Source: Octopus sinensis
Lineage: Eukaryota
Direction of reading: 5' to 3'
Assembly (NCBI RefSeq): GCF_006345805.1
Contig: NC_043009.1
Location: forward strand, 31,186,001 to 31,250,000
DNA length: 64,000 nucleotides
A model generated the notes under the pieces. That model was not told the DNA's origin, did no database searches, and worked only from the letters and a program-made list of their open reading frames with translations. Below, in pieces: positions 37,380-50,640 of the stretch (its first letter is position 1; the number at the start of each line of letters is the position of its first letter). Both the position numbers and the translations under genes were made by a program.

Positions 37380-37682
37380 ATATGCATATAAATATTCATT
37401 TATCTATACACACACATATGAATATATATATGTACAGCAATCTGTCTATCTATCTATTTATCCAGTATGTATAATATATATAATAGCTGAAACAGCTGAA
37501 ACAAATTGGGTATATGGTTGTTTGTAACGTACTGTGTATGTAGTTTAGTATATATCTATACATGTGTATGTATATATGTACATGTGTATGTATATATATA
37601 TGTGTGTGTATATATGTATATATCTCTGTCTACACTATCTATCTCTTAATTGATCTCTCTCTTACCCTCTGTCTTACTATCC

Positions 37683-37723
<41 letters not shown>

Positions 37724-38339
37724 CACATACACACACATACATGAGTGTGTATGTGTGTACATAAATATTTACATCTTTCCATCAACACACACAGAGGAAT
37801 GTATAATATAGTGATATCACCGAATATAATGGTTATCAGTGGACATTTTGCATGCTATATTCAATAGTGGCAACTATGTATGTGAATGTGCATATGTGTG
37901 TATGTATACATACATATATGTGTATCTACATCAATCTATCTTTCTACTGGACCTGACCTGGATGAAGAATTTGGAGTTCAAGTTCTAATTCATTTGAACA
38001 CTATGCTTTTGATTCCAAGCATATCTAGTTCACCATCTTCTATCTATGTGTGTGTGTCTCTCTCTCACTCCTTTCTTTCTCTTTTTCTCTCTCTCATTGC
38101 TCACATGTGACCATCGTCCATCTTCCTTTACCTCATGTGACAATCTCACTTTTCCTACATGGAAATTTAAAAGACTGGCCGCTTTTGCTCTTCTTTCTTA
38201 TCTCTTTGCAAAGAAAATATATCTCCCAGCATTCACTATTTTCCTCTCGTTCTGGTCTCATGACCCTGCATGTTTGTTTTCGTTGGGTTTCCTTGTATGC
38301 CCCCCCCCCTTCCTGTTTTTGTACTCCCCAAATTTGACA

Positions 38340-38575
38340 CTCCATAAATCCTAAATTTTATTTTAGATCTTGTGGGAACAACTGTCTTTGAAAACTCATA
38401 TTGTTATTGAATGCCTGAAATGAAGAGTAGATAGACAGCCGACAACTGATGAAAGGTCTTTTCTCTATGTTTACTTGACCTGTTTTCCATTTTTCTCTTG
38501 TTGTTTGCGTATTTAACTCATTTGTGTACATATTTCATGTTGTTTGCACAGTTGGTGATGTCCTGTACCCATATA
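38340..38575 (+). mobile_element. terminal-repeat remnant related in architecture to the 35 kb repeat (second family)
   Basis: Same GAAA...CTGATGA order, a T-rich tract, and the end GTCCTGTACCCATATAT versus GTCCTGTACTCACATAT at 35 kb. Confidence 0.45.
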
Positions 38576-38598
38576 TGCATATATATATATATTTATGT

Positions 38599-40170
38599 GT
38601 GTACACCAAGTCCCCTTCTATTCATCATAGTCCTCCAGGCAATAACAGAGGAATTCAAAACAGGTTACCCCTGGGAGCTCCTCTATGCTGATGACCTGGC
38701 TCTCATAGCAGAATCATTACCGGAACTAGAAAAGAAATTTCGGGTGTGGAAACAAGGGTTAGAATCAAAGGGCCTTAGAGTAAATGTAGCAAAGACCAAA
38801 GTTATAGTAAGAAGAAAGGCGAACTCAGCACACACCCCATCGGGCAGGTGGCCCTGCTCGATCTGTAGGAAAGGTGTAGGTAGAAACTCCATAAGATGCA
38901 CCCAGTGTAAGCTATGGATGCATAAGAGGTGCAGCAACATCAAAGGGAAATTAACTGATAAGATAGCTTTCATGTGCGGCAGATGCACAGGGACAATAGA
39001 CACCACAAATACTCAGAAAACAGATTCCATCACACTCCAGGGGGAGAAACTAGAAGTAGTTGATAGTTTCCGCTACCTGGGTGACCAAGTTAGTAGTGGA
39101 GGTGGATGCTCAGAGAGTGTCACCACTAGAATAGGAATAGCCTGGGCAAAGTTTAGAAAGCTCCTACCCCTACTGGTGACAAAGGGTCTCTCACTCAAAG
39201 TGAAAGGTAGATTGTATGATGCATGTGTGCGAACTGCCATGCTTCACGGTAGTGAAACATGGGCCGTGACTGCAGAGGACATGCGTAGACTTGAAAGAAA
39301 TGAAGTTAGCATGATCCGTTGGAGGTGTAATGTCAGTGTGCATGCACGACAGGGTGTAAGCACCCTGAGAGAAATGCTGGACATAAGAGGCATCGGATGT
39401 GGTGTGCAAGAGCGACGCTTGCGATGGTATGGTCATGTACTGCGGATGGATGAGGAGAGATGTGTGAAGAAGTGCCGCTCCCAAACAGTTGAAGGAATCA
39501 GGGGGAGAGGTAGATCCAGGAAGGTATGGGATGAGGTGGTCAAGCATGACCTCAGAGCGTTGGGCCTCACTGAGGTAATGGCGAAGGACCGAGATCTCTG
39601 GAGATGTGCAGTGACTGCAAAGACCCGGGCTGCTTCCGGCACCAGTTCCGCATAGCCCCTGCCCATTCAAAGTACCTTGGATCCCAGAACATCTCGCTGT
39701 GTTTGAGGAGACCTGTTGAGTCAAGTGCATGTACATGAACATCGAAACAAATATCAATGGAAATAGTAGTTGTGATACCTGTGCCGGTGGCACATAAAAA
39801 GCACCATCCAAACGTGGCCAACGCCAGCTCCACCAAGACTGGCTTCTGTGCCGGTGGCACATAAAAAGCACCATCCGAATGTGGCCGATGCCAGCGCCGC
39901 CTTGGCTGGCTTCCGTGCCGGTGGCACGTTAAAAGCACCAACCGATCGTGGCCGATGCCAGACTCCCCTGGCACCTGTGCCGGTGGCAAGTAAAAAGCAC
40001 CCACTATACTCGCAGAGTGGTTGGCGTTAGGAAGGGCATCCAGCTGTAGAAACACTGCCAGATCAGACTGGAGCCTGGTGCAGCACCTGGCTTCCCAGAC
40101 CCCGGTCGAACCGTCTGACCCATGCTAGCGCGGAAAACGGACGTTAAACGATGATGATGATGATGATGAT
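38599..40170 (+). mobile_element. RTE LINE, 5'-truncated copy 3 with an open RT C-terminal frame
   Basis: The element-derived part of ORF 38498-39655 (SPLLFIIVLQAI..YPWELLYADDL..PHD-like finger..RRLRWYGHV..) has no stop. It is followed by the 3' UTR hairpin units and an (ATG)n tail. The first ~35 codons of the ORF are flank. Confidence 0.95.
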
Positions 40171-40503
40171 GTGTGTATGTATATCTATTATTTATCATTA
40201 TTACTATTTAATTGAATGCCACACATCCATTTCCTAGTAAGCTTATATATATATACACACATACACATACACAGATACACAGACACACATATACAAACAT
40301 ACATGCATACACACACACGCTATATATATATGTATTTGTTCTTTACTCATTTATTATTGTTCTTATTTTAACTCCTGTCCATTGTCCGGAAATCTTTCGT
40401 CACATATCTGTGACCTCTTCGGTGACACTTTTCGTATTTGTGTGTGCTGTTGCTCCACTCATTTCATATATATGTATATATATATATATATTCGTATGTA
40501 TAT

Positions 40504-41464
40504 TGTTACAGGAACCCCAAAAGTTGCTACGGAATCCCACCTGCCGTCGCTCGAAACTCGAACCTGGGATCCCAACAAGTCGAGCGACGACGATTGACCT
40601 GGCCTGATCGATTTGCGAGAGTTCGCCACGGAACCCAGAGAGGAGAGAGACAACAACAACAACAGCAGCAGGAAGAGGCACAAAGAAATACAGCGGAAGG
40701 CAATTGGCTTACATTTAACGACAGTTTATAATTGTTACATAAAATACATCAAGATACATATCAGGTACATCAAAGAGGAAATACATGCAAGAAACAACAG
40801 CATTTAAAGAAAACAACAAATCAATACAGTATACAACAGATCAGATTGATGCAATATACAGTCCGGAGACAACAGTTCTGTTTCAAATCACATTAACGTT
40901 ACAGTTCAGAGGACAATTAACACATATACGTTCAATGTTCATTAAATTCTTTTCAGACTACAACAGAGGCCTTTCTTTTTCTCTCTTTCTTTTACATAGG
41001 TAACACAACTCAATAATCAACACATCAACAAGTCCTTTACTCACTTCTGTAACAGTTCGTTATAGTCTCTTTACATAATTCATATATCAACACAATTAAC
41101 ACATACCGTACATCAGCCAATGCCTCACATTGTAGTCCATCTCTATTAGCCACCTAATCCTCTGTATATCTCTCTCTGTCACAGCAGAACAAACCATTAC
41201 TAACTCGCTGTAAAATCCCAACTGCCAACTGCTTGCCCTGAATCCCAAATGCCGAATGCTTGCTCTGAATCCCAAATGCCGACTCTCTCTCCCACTCACA
41301 AACTGAACTGCTTATTTAAGGGGGCAGCCCTCAAATGAACCCTAATTCACCCGAAAGGGTCGGGGAGCTTCCCCAGAGCTAATTAATCAACCCGCATCTG
41401 GCAGAACAATGGATTCATTCCCAAAAGTAGGTCGCCTGCTTTGTCCTTAAGTTGAACCACAACA
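40504..41464 (-). mobile_element. probable solo LTR (~960 bp)
   Basis: Termini TGTT...AACA, with ATAT on both sides (weak evidence inside a TA repeat). Complex non-coding interior with a 29 bp internal tandem, and a TATA-like CCCCTTAAATAAGC on the minus strand. Confidence 0.55.
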
Positions 41465-41530
41465 ATATATATATATGTATATATATATATGTATATATAT
41501 ATATGTGTATATATATATATATATATATGT

Positions 41531-41587
<57 letters not shown>

Positions 41588-41588
41588 G

Positions 41589-41620
<32 letters not shown>

Positions 41621-41716
41621 GTATATATATTATATATATGTATGTATATATATATATGTATGTATATATATAATATATGTATGTATATATATATGTAGTA
41701 TATATATATATATGTG

Positions 41717-41751
<35 letters not shown>

Positions 41752-41786
41752 GTATATGTATATATGTATATGTATATATGTATATG

Positions 41787-41833
<47 letters not shown>

Positions 41834-42074
41834 GTATGTATATATATATGTATGTATATATATATATATGTATGTATATATATATATGTATGTATATATA
41901 TATATATGTATGTATATATTATATATGTAAATGTATATATATATATGTATGTATATAATATATATGTATGTATATATATATGTAGTATATATATATATAT
42001 GTGTATATATATATATCTATATATATGTATATATATATATGTATATGTATATATGTATATGTATTATTATAATG

Positions 42075-42121
<47 letters not shown>

Positions 42122-42395
42122 TATGTATATATAGTATCTTAAATATATTATATATATGTTATATATATATATGTATGTATATATATATATATGTATGTAT
42201 ATATATATATATTATGTATATATATATAATGTATGTATGTATATATGTAATGTATTATATATATATGTATTGTATAATATATATGTATGTATGTTGTATG
42301 TATGTATATATGTATGTATGTATATATATATATATGTATATATATGTGTGTGTGTGTGTGTGTATACATATATATATGTATATGTATGTATACAA
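41465..42395. repeat. ~930 bp (TA/TATG)n microsatellite
   Basis: Directly visible; almost free of C over most of its length. Confidence 0.95.
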
Positions 42396-42399
42396 GCAT

Positions 42400-42954
42400 A
42401 TCCAGGATATCAAAAATGTTGACAAACTACTAAATTCTTTGAGAAGAATCTGTACAAGACATGCAATAATGCCTCATATTTTTGAGGTTACTATTTTAAG
42501 TGATTGTTTTTTGGGGGGCAGAAGATGCATTTACACCCAGAATATTCTTGATTCCATTGCAGAAATACTTTTTGCATTCAAAACCCTACAGTTTCCTGTA
42601 GAACTCAGTTCTTATAATGTCTTTAAGTAAATGTCAGGAACAAATTTGATCTATTATTGAGCTACAACTCAAAGAATATTGTTTTTCTCTCGTGGGTAAC
42701 TGTATATTACATGTACAAGAGTAGGAAGTTCACATGTTGTTTTTCATTCATGCTCCTTCTGGAAAAACACACGTAACATTGTTTATGAGGAAGTTCTGCC
42801 TTTATACTAAATAGTAAAAAAGAGGAACAAATAACACAATTAGGAGTTGAAGGTGACATGGTACTGTAAGATGGGAAACCTACAAATGAAATGCAAAAAT
42901 GTATGTAGCAAAAGCAAAACCGCTTTCTACAGGCTGTTGCTGAAGCAACACTAA
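42400..42954 (+). mobile_element. Helitron RepHel (PIF1-type helicase) C-terminal remnant with 3' end
   Basis: Across frameshifts it reads [69 protein letters not shown]. The hairpin TGTTGC-TGAA-GCAACA is followed by CTAA at 42951. Confidence 0.8.
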
Positions 42955-42956
42955 GC

Positions 42957-42995
<39 letters not shown>

Positions 42996-43009
42996 CTATT
43001 TATATATAT

Positions 43010-43385
43010 ACTAGCAGTATCGCCCGGCGTTGCTCGGGTTTGTAAGGGAAATAACTATAAAGCATTTTTAGAGAGTTATAGCCAAAAAATAGCAAAAAAA
43101 TGGAGAAAGAAATTATGGTAAATTTTTTTTGAGAGTTAAAAAGGTCGAGTTGCGTCCCCTAGACAGTCTGTGGTTTGTGTTTCTGATTTTCGACCCCCAT
43201 GTCGAATTTATCGACTTTTTTCAGAACTGGGGGAACTTTTCAAAAGTTTTGAATTATGACATTGGGCTATGTGTATGTCAAGTTTCATCAGAATCGGTTG
43301 AAAGCCGTGGTCAGGGTGAGGGTACAACCTAACAGACACACAGACACGCAGACAGACAAACTGCCGTTTATATATATAGAGAGAT
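43010..43385 (-). mobile_element. non-autonomous Helitron (Lep1/HINE-like)
   Basis: The minus strand begins ATCTCTCTATATATATAAACGGC, has a (CTGT)n block, and ends with the hairpin CCCGAGCAACGCCGGG followed by CTAGT. Confidence 0.8.
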
Positions 43386-43467
43386 ATATGTATTTATAGA
43401 TATGTATATATATAAATTTATATATTTATATATATATATATACAATATATATATATGTTTTCATATA

Positions 43468-43860
43468 GGTGCAGGAGTGGCTGTGTGGTAAGTAGCTTAC
43501 TTACCAACCACATGATTTCGGGTTCAGTCCTACTGTGTGGCACCTTGGGCAGATGTTTTCTACTACCGCCTCAGGCGCTGGCCAAAATCTTGTGAGTGGA
43601 TTTGGTTGACGGAAACTGACAGAAGCCTATCATATGTATGTGTGTGTGTGTTTATGTGTCTATGTTTGTCCCCCCAACATCGCTTGACAACTGATGATGG
43701 CATGTTTACGTCGCTCTAACTTAGCAGTTCGGCAAATGAGACCAGTAAGATAAGTACTAGGCTTACAAAGAATAAGTCTTGGGGTTGATTTGTTCGAATA
43801 AAAGCGGTGCTCCTGCAGGGCCTCAGTCAAATGACTAAAACAAGTAAAAGAATAAAAGAA
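43468..43860 (+). mobile_element. SINE family B, full-length
   Basis: Closest to the apparent consensus; head GGTGCAGGAGTGGCTGTGTGG, CORE-like block and tail present. Confidence 0.88.
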
Positions 43861-43889
43861 CATATATAGAGATAGAGAAAGAGAGGGAC

Positions 43890-44385
43890 TGGGGTGGCAG
43901 TGTGGTAAGAAGTTTGCTTCCCAACCACATGGTTATGGGTTCAGGCCCACTGCATGGCATCTTGGACAAATGTCTTTTAAAGTAGCTTTGAGTTGACCAA
44001 AGCCTTGTGAGTGGATTTGGTGAACAGAAACTAAAGGAAGCCCATCATATATAGCTATGAGTTACTCTGGCCATGCTAGAGCACTGCCTTGAAGAATTTC
44101 GGTCAAATGAATCAACCCCAGGACTTTTTTTTCTTAAGCTCGGTACTTATTATATTTGCTTCTTTTCCTGAGTTGCTAATTTACAGGGATGTAAACACAC
44201 CATCAGCGGTTGTGAAGTGATGGTGGGCACCTAACACAGTCACAAAGATACACACATACACACACACACACATATATATATATGCATATGACACATTTCT
44301 TTCAATTTTTGTTTACCAAATCCACTCACAAGGCTTTGGTTGGCCTGAGGCTATAGTAGGAGACACTTGCCCAAGGTGCCACATT
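43890..44385. mobile_element. SINE family B: plus 5' half followed by a minus copy
   Basis: Plus head at 43890-44050; minus copy at ~44075-44385 (GACACTTGCCCAAGGTGCCAC). Confidence 0.7.
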
Positions 44386-45034
44386 GGCAAGTGTAATATT
44401 TTCCCATGGCTGCACATCAGTGCTGTATGGTGGTTGTTGTATTGAGGCTGCTGTCACACCCAATGCTACCAAATTTCAAGCAGGGGTTTATCGAAAGTTT
44501 CCTGTAAAGATTTACAATTAAATTAACGAACATTCCATTTTCAATGAGTGTGCAGTGCACACAGAACACACATGGAATAACCACCCTTGCTGCCCTTGGG
44601 TTTTCTCAGAAGATAGGAAATGAATGTCACCACATGTTTGACAGTGATGTTTGCTTACAGCTATCACATGATATCAACACCCGGGTACGAACACATGCAT
44701 TCACACACGCACACACAAACACACACACACCCATGCTCACACACACATATTTATATATACAATAACCTTCTTCCAGTTTCGGTCAAACAAATATGTTCAC
44801 AAGTTTTTGGTTGGTCAGGGGCTCTAGTGGACAGCACTTGACCATAGTGCTGCACCATAGGACTGAACTCAAAGCCACATCTTATGGAAGCAAGTTTCTT
44901 AACTATACAACAGCTCTATATGAACATATCCAGTGTGTGTGTGTGTCATTAAAAGAAGTTATAATTAAAATTGTTTTGTGTTTTATTTACATGTTACTGC
45001 AATCTGTAGCAACCCACCCTTCAAAAAAAATTAT

Positions 45035-45455
45035 TTGTTTCAATATTTTAGCACAATGCCAGCAATTTCGAAGGGGTTGGGTAAATCGATTACACCAACA
45101 CCAATATTCAACTGGTACACATTTTATAGACCCCTACAAGGGTGGCAGGCAAAATTGACTCCGTTGGCATTTGAACCTTCAACATGTAAAGTCAGGAGAA
45201 ATGCTGTTAAGCATTTTGTTCAACATGGTAACAGCTCTGCCAGTTCTCTATCTTCACCTCAACAAAATATTTGTTTCTACTCTAGGCAGAAGGCCTGGAA
45301 TTTTTGGAGAAGGGGCCAGTCGATTAGATCGACCCCAGTATGCAACTGGTACTTAATTTACCGACCCTGAAAGGATGAAAGGCGATGTCAACCTCGGCAG
45401 AATTTGAACTCAGAACATAAAGACAGAAGAAATACCACTAAGTATTTCACCCAGT
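45035..45455 (-). mobile_element. two tandem SINE family A copies
   Basis: ATTTGAAC blocks at ~45170 and ~45402 with family A domains. Confidence 0.75.
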
Positions 45456-45789
45456 GGGATGTCCCCCACCACACCCCCACTGAGTATGCAGACCAACTCC
45501 ACAAGAACTGATTTCCATTATATTTCTTTTCTACAATCAAAAACTTCTTTAACAAAATTCTAATCTATTCAGACAGCCGATGGGGGTGTCCTGTGCCACA
45601 CTGCGTCTCCACCCTCACTTTACTGCAGATTCTTTACACAGGATATACCCAGTCCTACTAGATTAAATTATACACATTATGTATCATCCTAACTCCCCCC
45701 CACACACACACACACACATGTTCTGCAAATTTTACAGATAAAATCACCAACCATCTTCTTTGTTGTCAAACAAAATGGTTTCTAAAGAG

Positions 45790-48010
45790 CATACCTCTCT
45801 CTCCTCCTCCTCCTCTCCCTTTGCTACCCCTCTCCTCCTTTCTTCCTCTGCTACCTCTCTCTCCTCCTTTTCTCTTCTGTTGCTGCCCTTCCTTACTTTC
45901 TCTTCTCCCTCTCTCCTCTCCTCTCTCTTTCTCCTTCTTCCCTTTCATTGCCATCTTCATTTTCTTTGTCGCCAAATATACTGAAGCTTCTCCCAATATC
46001 AGAATTGGTCACTTTCGTCCCCCCTCCACCCCACCACCAGTCTCACCACCATCACCATCATCATCTCAAAAGTGATACTCTTTCCCTTCATCCTGATCTT
46101 TTCCTTTTCCTCTTCCTCTTTCCCCTCTTTCTTCTCCTCTCCACATTTTTATCATCATCACAATCACCACCATCATCATGAACATCACTCCTCCACCACT
46201 ACCACCACCACCATCACCAGCATCAGCATCACCCCTCCCCCACCATCACTGCCACCACTGTTGCCACCACCATGACCTTTACCAGTACAAACAGCAGCAG
46301 CATCACACCCACAGACATCACCATCATAACAACCACAACTATAACCATCACTATCGCTGCCACCGCCATCATCATCATCATCATCATTGATGTCCCTGTC
46401 GTCACAACAACCAATCTTGTAAGAACTGTTAACAGCAGAAATAATTATGGTTAACGAACCAATGACATTCAACCTCCACATAGTCATGTGACATGCAACC
46501 AATCACAAAGAAGTGTCTAAAAAGTTAAAAATAAAGTAAATAAATAAAAGAAAAATGACTTACAATTAGTGGGATGGTCATGTTTGGAACGTCTTTAATT
46601 GTAGATTTGCTGTTTATGAACTGATTGAGGCTTAGACAGTAACCATGACAACTGCTGGTCCAACTTTACTGTTAAGATACCAAACTCATTAAAACTTCCT
46701 TTCATTGTTGTTGTTGTTGTTTAACACCAGGTCAACCCTAGTCGTGCAGACCTGCAAGATCTGCTCATGGTTTTCAATATGATCATCTCATTTTTCTTTC
46801 AGGCATTGTCTATCTTGGACTGCATGATCCAATCGTCTCACTTCTTCAAGATGGGAGCAGATGGTCCGAGGGAAATTTGACTGTGGTTTCTAGCTTCAAT
46901 TACATTGATGTTGAGAGGGACAAAAATTAGGAGGAAGGTTGCGATGGTGGTGGTGGTGGTGGTGGTGATGATGATGATGGTGGTGGTGGTGGTGGTGGTG
47001 TTGGTGATGATGATGACGGTGATGATGGTGATGATGATGATGGTGATGGTGATGACGGTGGTGATGGTGATGATGATGACGGTGATGATGATGATGATGG
47101 TGATAATGATGACAATGATGATGATGGGGATGATGACAATGCCTGCAATGATGATGTTGATGACAACAATGACACTCATGATGATGATGATGAGGAGGAG
47201 GAGGAGGAGAAGAATATAATCTGTGATAAGAAGGCTCATCATAAGGTTTATCAATATCATCATCAGCATCATCATCATGCCATCTTACCAACTTACCTAG
47301 TTACGTCCCCACCCACATTTGCTATTATAATTCATCTGCATTATATGCACCAGTTTACAACTGCACACACACAGCAAGACCTCCACCACCACCACCACCA
47401 CAAAACTACACGGAAACCACTATTCTATGCCACACTCTTTTTCACATCACATTACCACAACACCCCCAACACTACTACTCTCTACTACTAACCAGGCCAC
47501 TGCACTCTCTACCCATCACTGCTACACCGTACCCTTTCACAACATCACTTCACATCATTCCACCATCTTGCTCCATCTCAACACATTGCCATACCACGAC
47601 TATAGACCATTGCTACACACCACTGCATTATACCACACAGGCTCATTCCTACCCTACCACCACTCTTGCTTCCCTCCTGCCCCAGCCGGCATTCTGCATT
47701 GCCGTGCCATTCTAGCTTACCAATGCTACACACCACTGCTACCAAACACTATACCCCCCCCGCATCCCACATCACTACCCCATTCCACCTCTATATCACC
47801 CCACCCCCATCACTACCCTGTTCCAACCCTATATCACCTCCACCCCATCGCTACTCTATTCCACCCCTATATCACACACACACATGCACCCACCCCACCG
47901 ACCGCTGTTGCTCACAACCACTTATACTGTCCCCGTACACCCATCCCCACCCTGCCCTACCTTTGTACCACCCAACCCCATCCTGCTACAAATGTCCATC
48001 TCAGCCTCTG
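45790..48010. repeat. low-complexity block (CT-rich, (CAC/CAT)n, (GAT/GGT)n, degenerate C/A-rich)
   Basis: Directly visible; it produces the poly-H/S/M/P ORFs in the track. Confidence 0.85.
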
Positions 48011-48189
48011 TCAATGATTTCTAAAGACATCAATTATATTTATTCTTTTTTTGCATTCTTCGTGTAGAATAGTCTAGTTAGAAATAATATACACTCATGC
48101 AATGCTTAAATGCCCTTATATGTGCACTCACACGCACATACATATGCATAGATAGTTAAATATGTACATATATAAATGTATATGTAAAC

Positions 48190-48493
48190 GTACTCACTCA
48201 CAAATATGTGTGTGGCTATAGATACATTGATAGACAAATAAACAGACAGGCAGACATAGATAGATAGAGTGAGACAGAGAAAGAGAGAAGGAGAGAGGGA
48301 AAGAGAGTGAGAAAGAAAGAGATAGACAGATAGATATATAGGTAGATAAACAGGCACAACTGACTAACTGACTGATAGACAGACAGACAGACAGACAGAC
48401 AAATATATACATACACATGCATATATATATATATATATATGTATACATATATACATATATATGCATATATATATATATAAATATATACATACA

Positions 48494-48545
<52 letters not shown>

Positions 48546-48632
48546 ATATATAACATACATACATATATATATAATACATACATATTTATATATATACATA
48601 CATATTTTCATATATATATATATATACATACA

Positions 48633-48679
<47 letters not shown>

Positions 48680-49378
48680 GTGTGTGTGTATGCATGTTAA
48701 ACAAAATCAATGAAATATGAAGAAATATGGAATTTAGAATAAGAGTAAAGAAAATTTGGTGATGCCATTATAATATTTACAGTCAATATGACTAGGGTTC
48801 ATGTGAGTGCATATACTTGTCAAAATTCTTCAGATTTTCTCTCAATAACAACAACAGCAACGTGATTGCTTCACAACGGAATCACCATTTTCTTTGCTTT
48901 GGCTTCTTCATTTAATCTTCATACAACTTCTCATCATTCCTCCTAACTTTTCCATCTGCATCTCTTTCCTTCATCTTGTTTTCCTTCACTATTCTGCTTC
49001 TTATTCTTCATGTTCTCATCCTTCTCTAGTTTTCTTCTTCTCCTCATTCATTCTTCTTCTTCTTCTTCTTCTTCTTCTTCTTCTTTTTCTTCTTCTTTTT
49101 CTTCTTCTTTTTCTTCTTCGTTTTCATTCTTCTACTTCCTCTTCTTTTTTCTTCTTTCTTCTTTTTTCTTCTTCTTCTTCTTCTTCTTCTTCTTCTTCTC
49201 CTCCTCCTCCTCCTCCTCCTCCTTCTCCTCCTCCTCCTTCTCCTCCTCCTTCTTCTCCTCCTCCTCCTCCTGCTCCAACTTCATCTTCTTTTTCTGCATA
49301 ATCTTTCTTTTTATTCATTTTATGCCTTTCTGTATTATTACGTCATATACGTGTATAAATGTATGTATGTATGCATGC

Positions 49379-49456
<78 letters not shown>

Positions 49457-49470
49457 GCATGAGTATGTAT
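48190..49470. repeat. compound microsatellites ((GA), (ACAG), (TA), (CTT), (CCT))
   Basis: Directly visible. Confidence 0.9.
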
Positions 49471-50244
49471 GTACGTATGTGTGTGGAAGTGTTTAGTTGT
49501 GTATCTGAATGTGTCTTCATACATGCGTGTGTCTATATACACCCATACTAGAGTGTGTTTAATGAGGTGTTTTGTATTAGTGCAGTCTGTCCTTTATTCC
49601 CGACTCCCAGACCTTTCTTCAACCCTGGAATCGTTGTTAACAAAAGATATTATGGAGCATTCTTTATTCACAATCTTCAGTTATGCTCATATGAAGACCT
49701 GCTCATAACAGACACACTGGGGGTATGTGGGGTGTTTGTGTATGCACGTGCATGACCACACACACACACACATATACACGGTATTATTGTAGTCTACTTG
49801 ACTATATATCTACCCTGTCTTGTATGCATGTATGTGTGAAGAGAGAAAGGAAGAGGTATTAATGTAGTCAGGTAGATATATTGTGAATGATATGAAGAGA
49901 GATATGCAGATGGATAGATAGATTAATAGATACATAAACAGATTTATAGGCGTGCATACATGTATGTCTGCATGCATCCATCCTTACATACACACACTCA
50001 TATGTACACACATATATACACAGACAAGGAGCTAGCTGTCAGACAGATGAACTTGAGATGGGCAGTACTTTCCATAAAAATGCAATTGTAGTAGAAGAGC
50101 ATCTCGGGTATGTAATCATGGTATTGCCCAAGCCATCAGATGTTGTTATACATCGCTTGTCACAATGCACTTTACAGTGTTTTAGTTTTTGAATGATATC
50201 ATTCCATTGGCTTGTGAGCAGAAACAACATTTCCTCTGTTCAGG

Positions 50245-50408
50245 AGGCTAGTCCTTTGCAGTGTGACCCAGTTACAGCTGAGTAGACTGGAGCAATGTGA
50301 AATAAAGTGTTTTGCTCAAGAACACAACACACAGCCTGGCCTGGGAATCGAACCCATGATATAGCTATCATGAGCACAACACTCTAACCATCAAGCCATA
50401 TACCTTCA
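50245..50408 (-). mobile_element. SINE family D (CORE-like)
   Basis: The minus strand has a tRNA-like head (GGGTTCGATTCCCAGG) and GTGTTCTTGAGCAAAACAC. Confidence 0.7.
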
Positions 50409-50640
50409 CAAGTCATGTAATATGATATTTGAAACTTAGATTAACTGTGATTTCCATAACTATTAGTAGACAAAAACTCCCTTTCAAAGCTGTTGAATGA
50501 TTAATCTTGGTTAGCGTCTATTGTCAGTTAAGGTTTTAAAGTTTTTCTACAGATTTTCAATAGAATTTAGAGCCAGCACTGCTAAGACAAAAGTAGGACA
50601 CAATACTGGCTTAAAACCTCCAATAAACTTAGTAGTATAT

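Noticed and set aside
46838-47291. Poly-His/Ile/Ser/Pro ORFs (also 49010-49462, 53102-53563 and 61478-61964)
   Set aside because: They are trinucleotide-repeat translations open in several frames on both strands.
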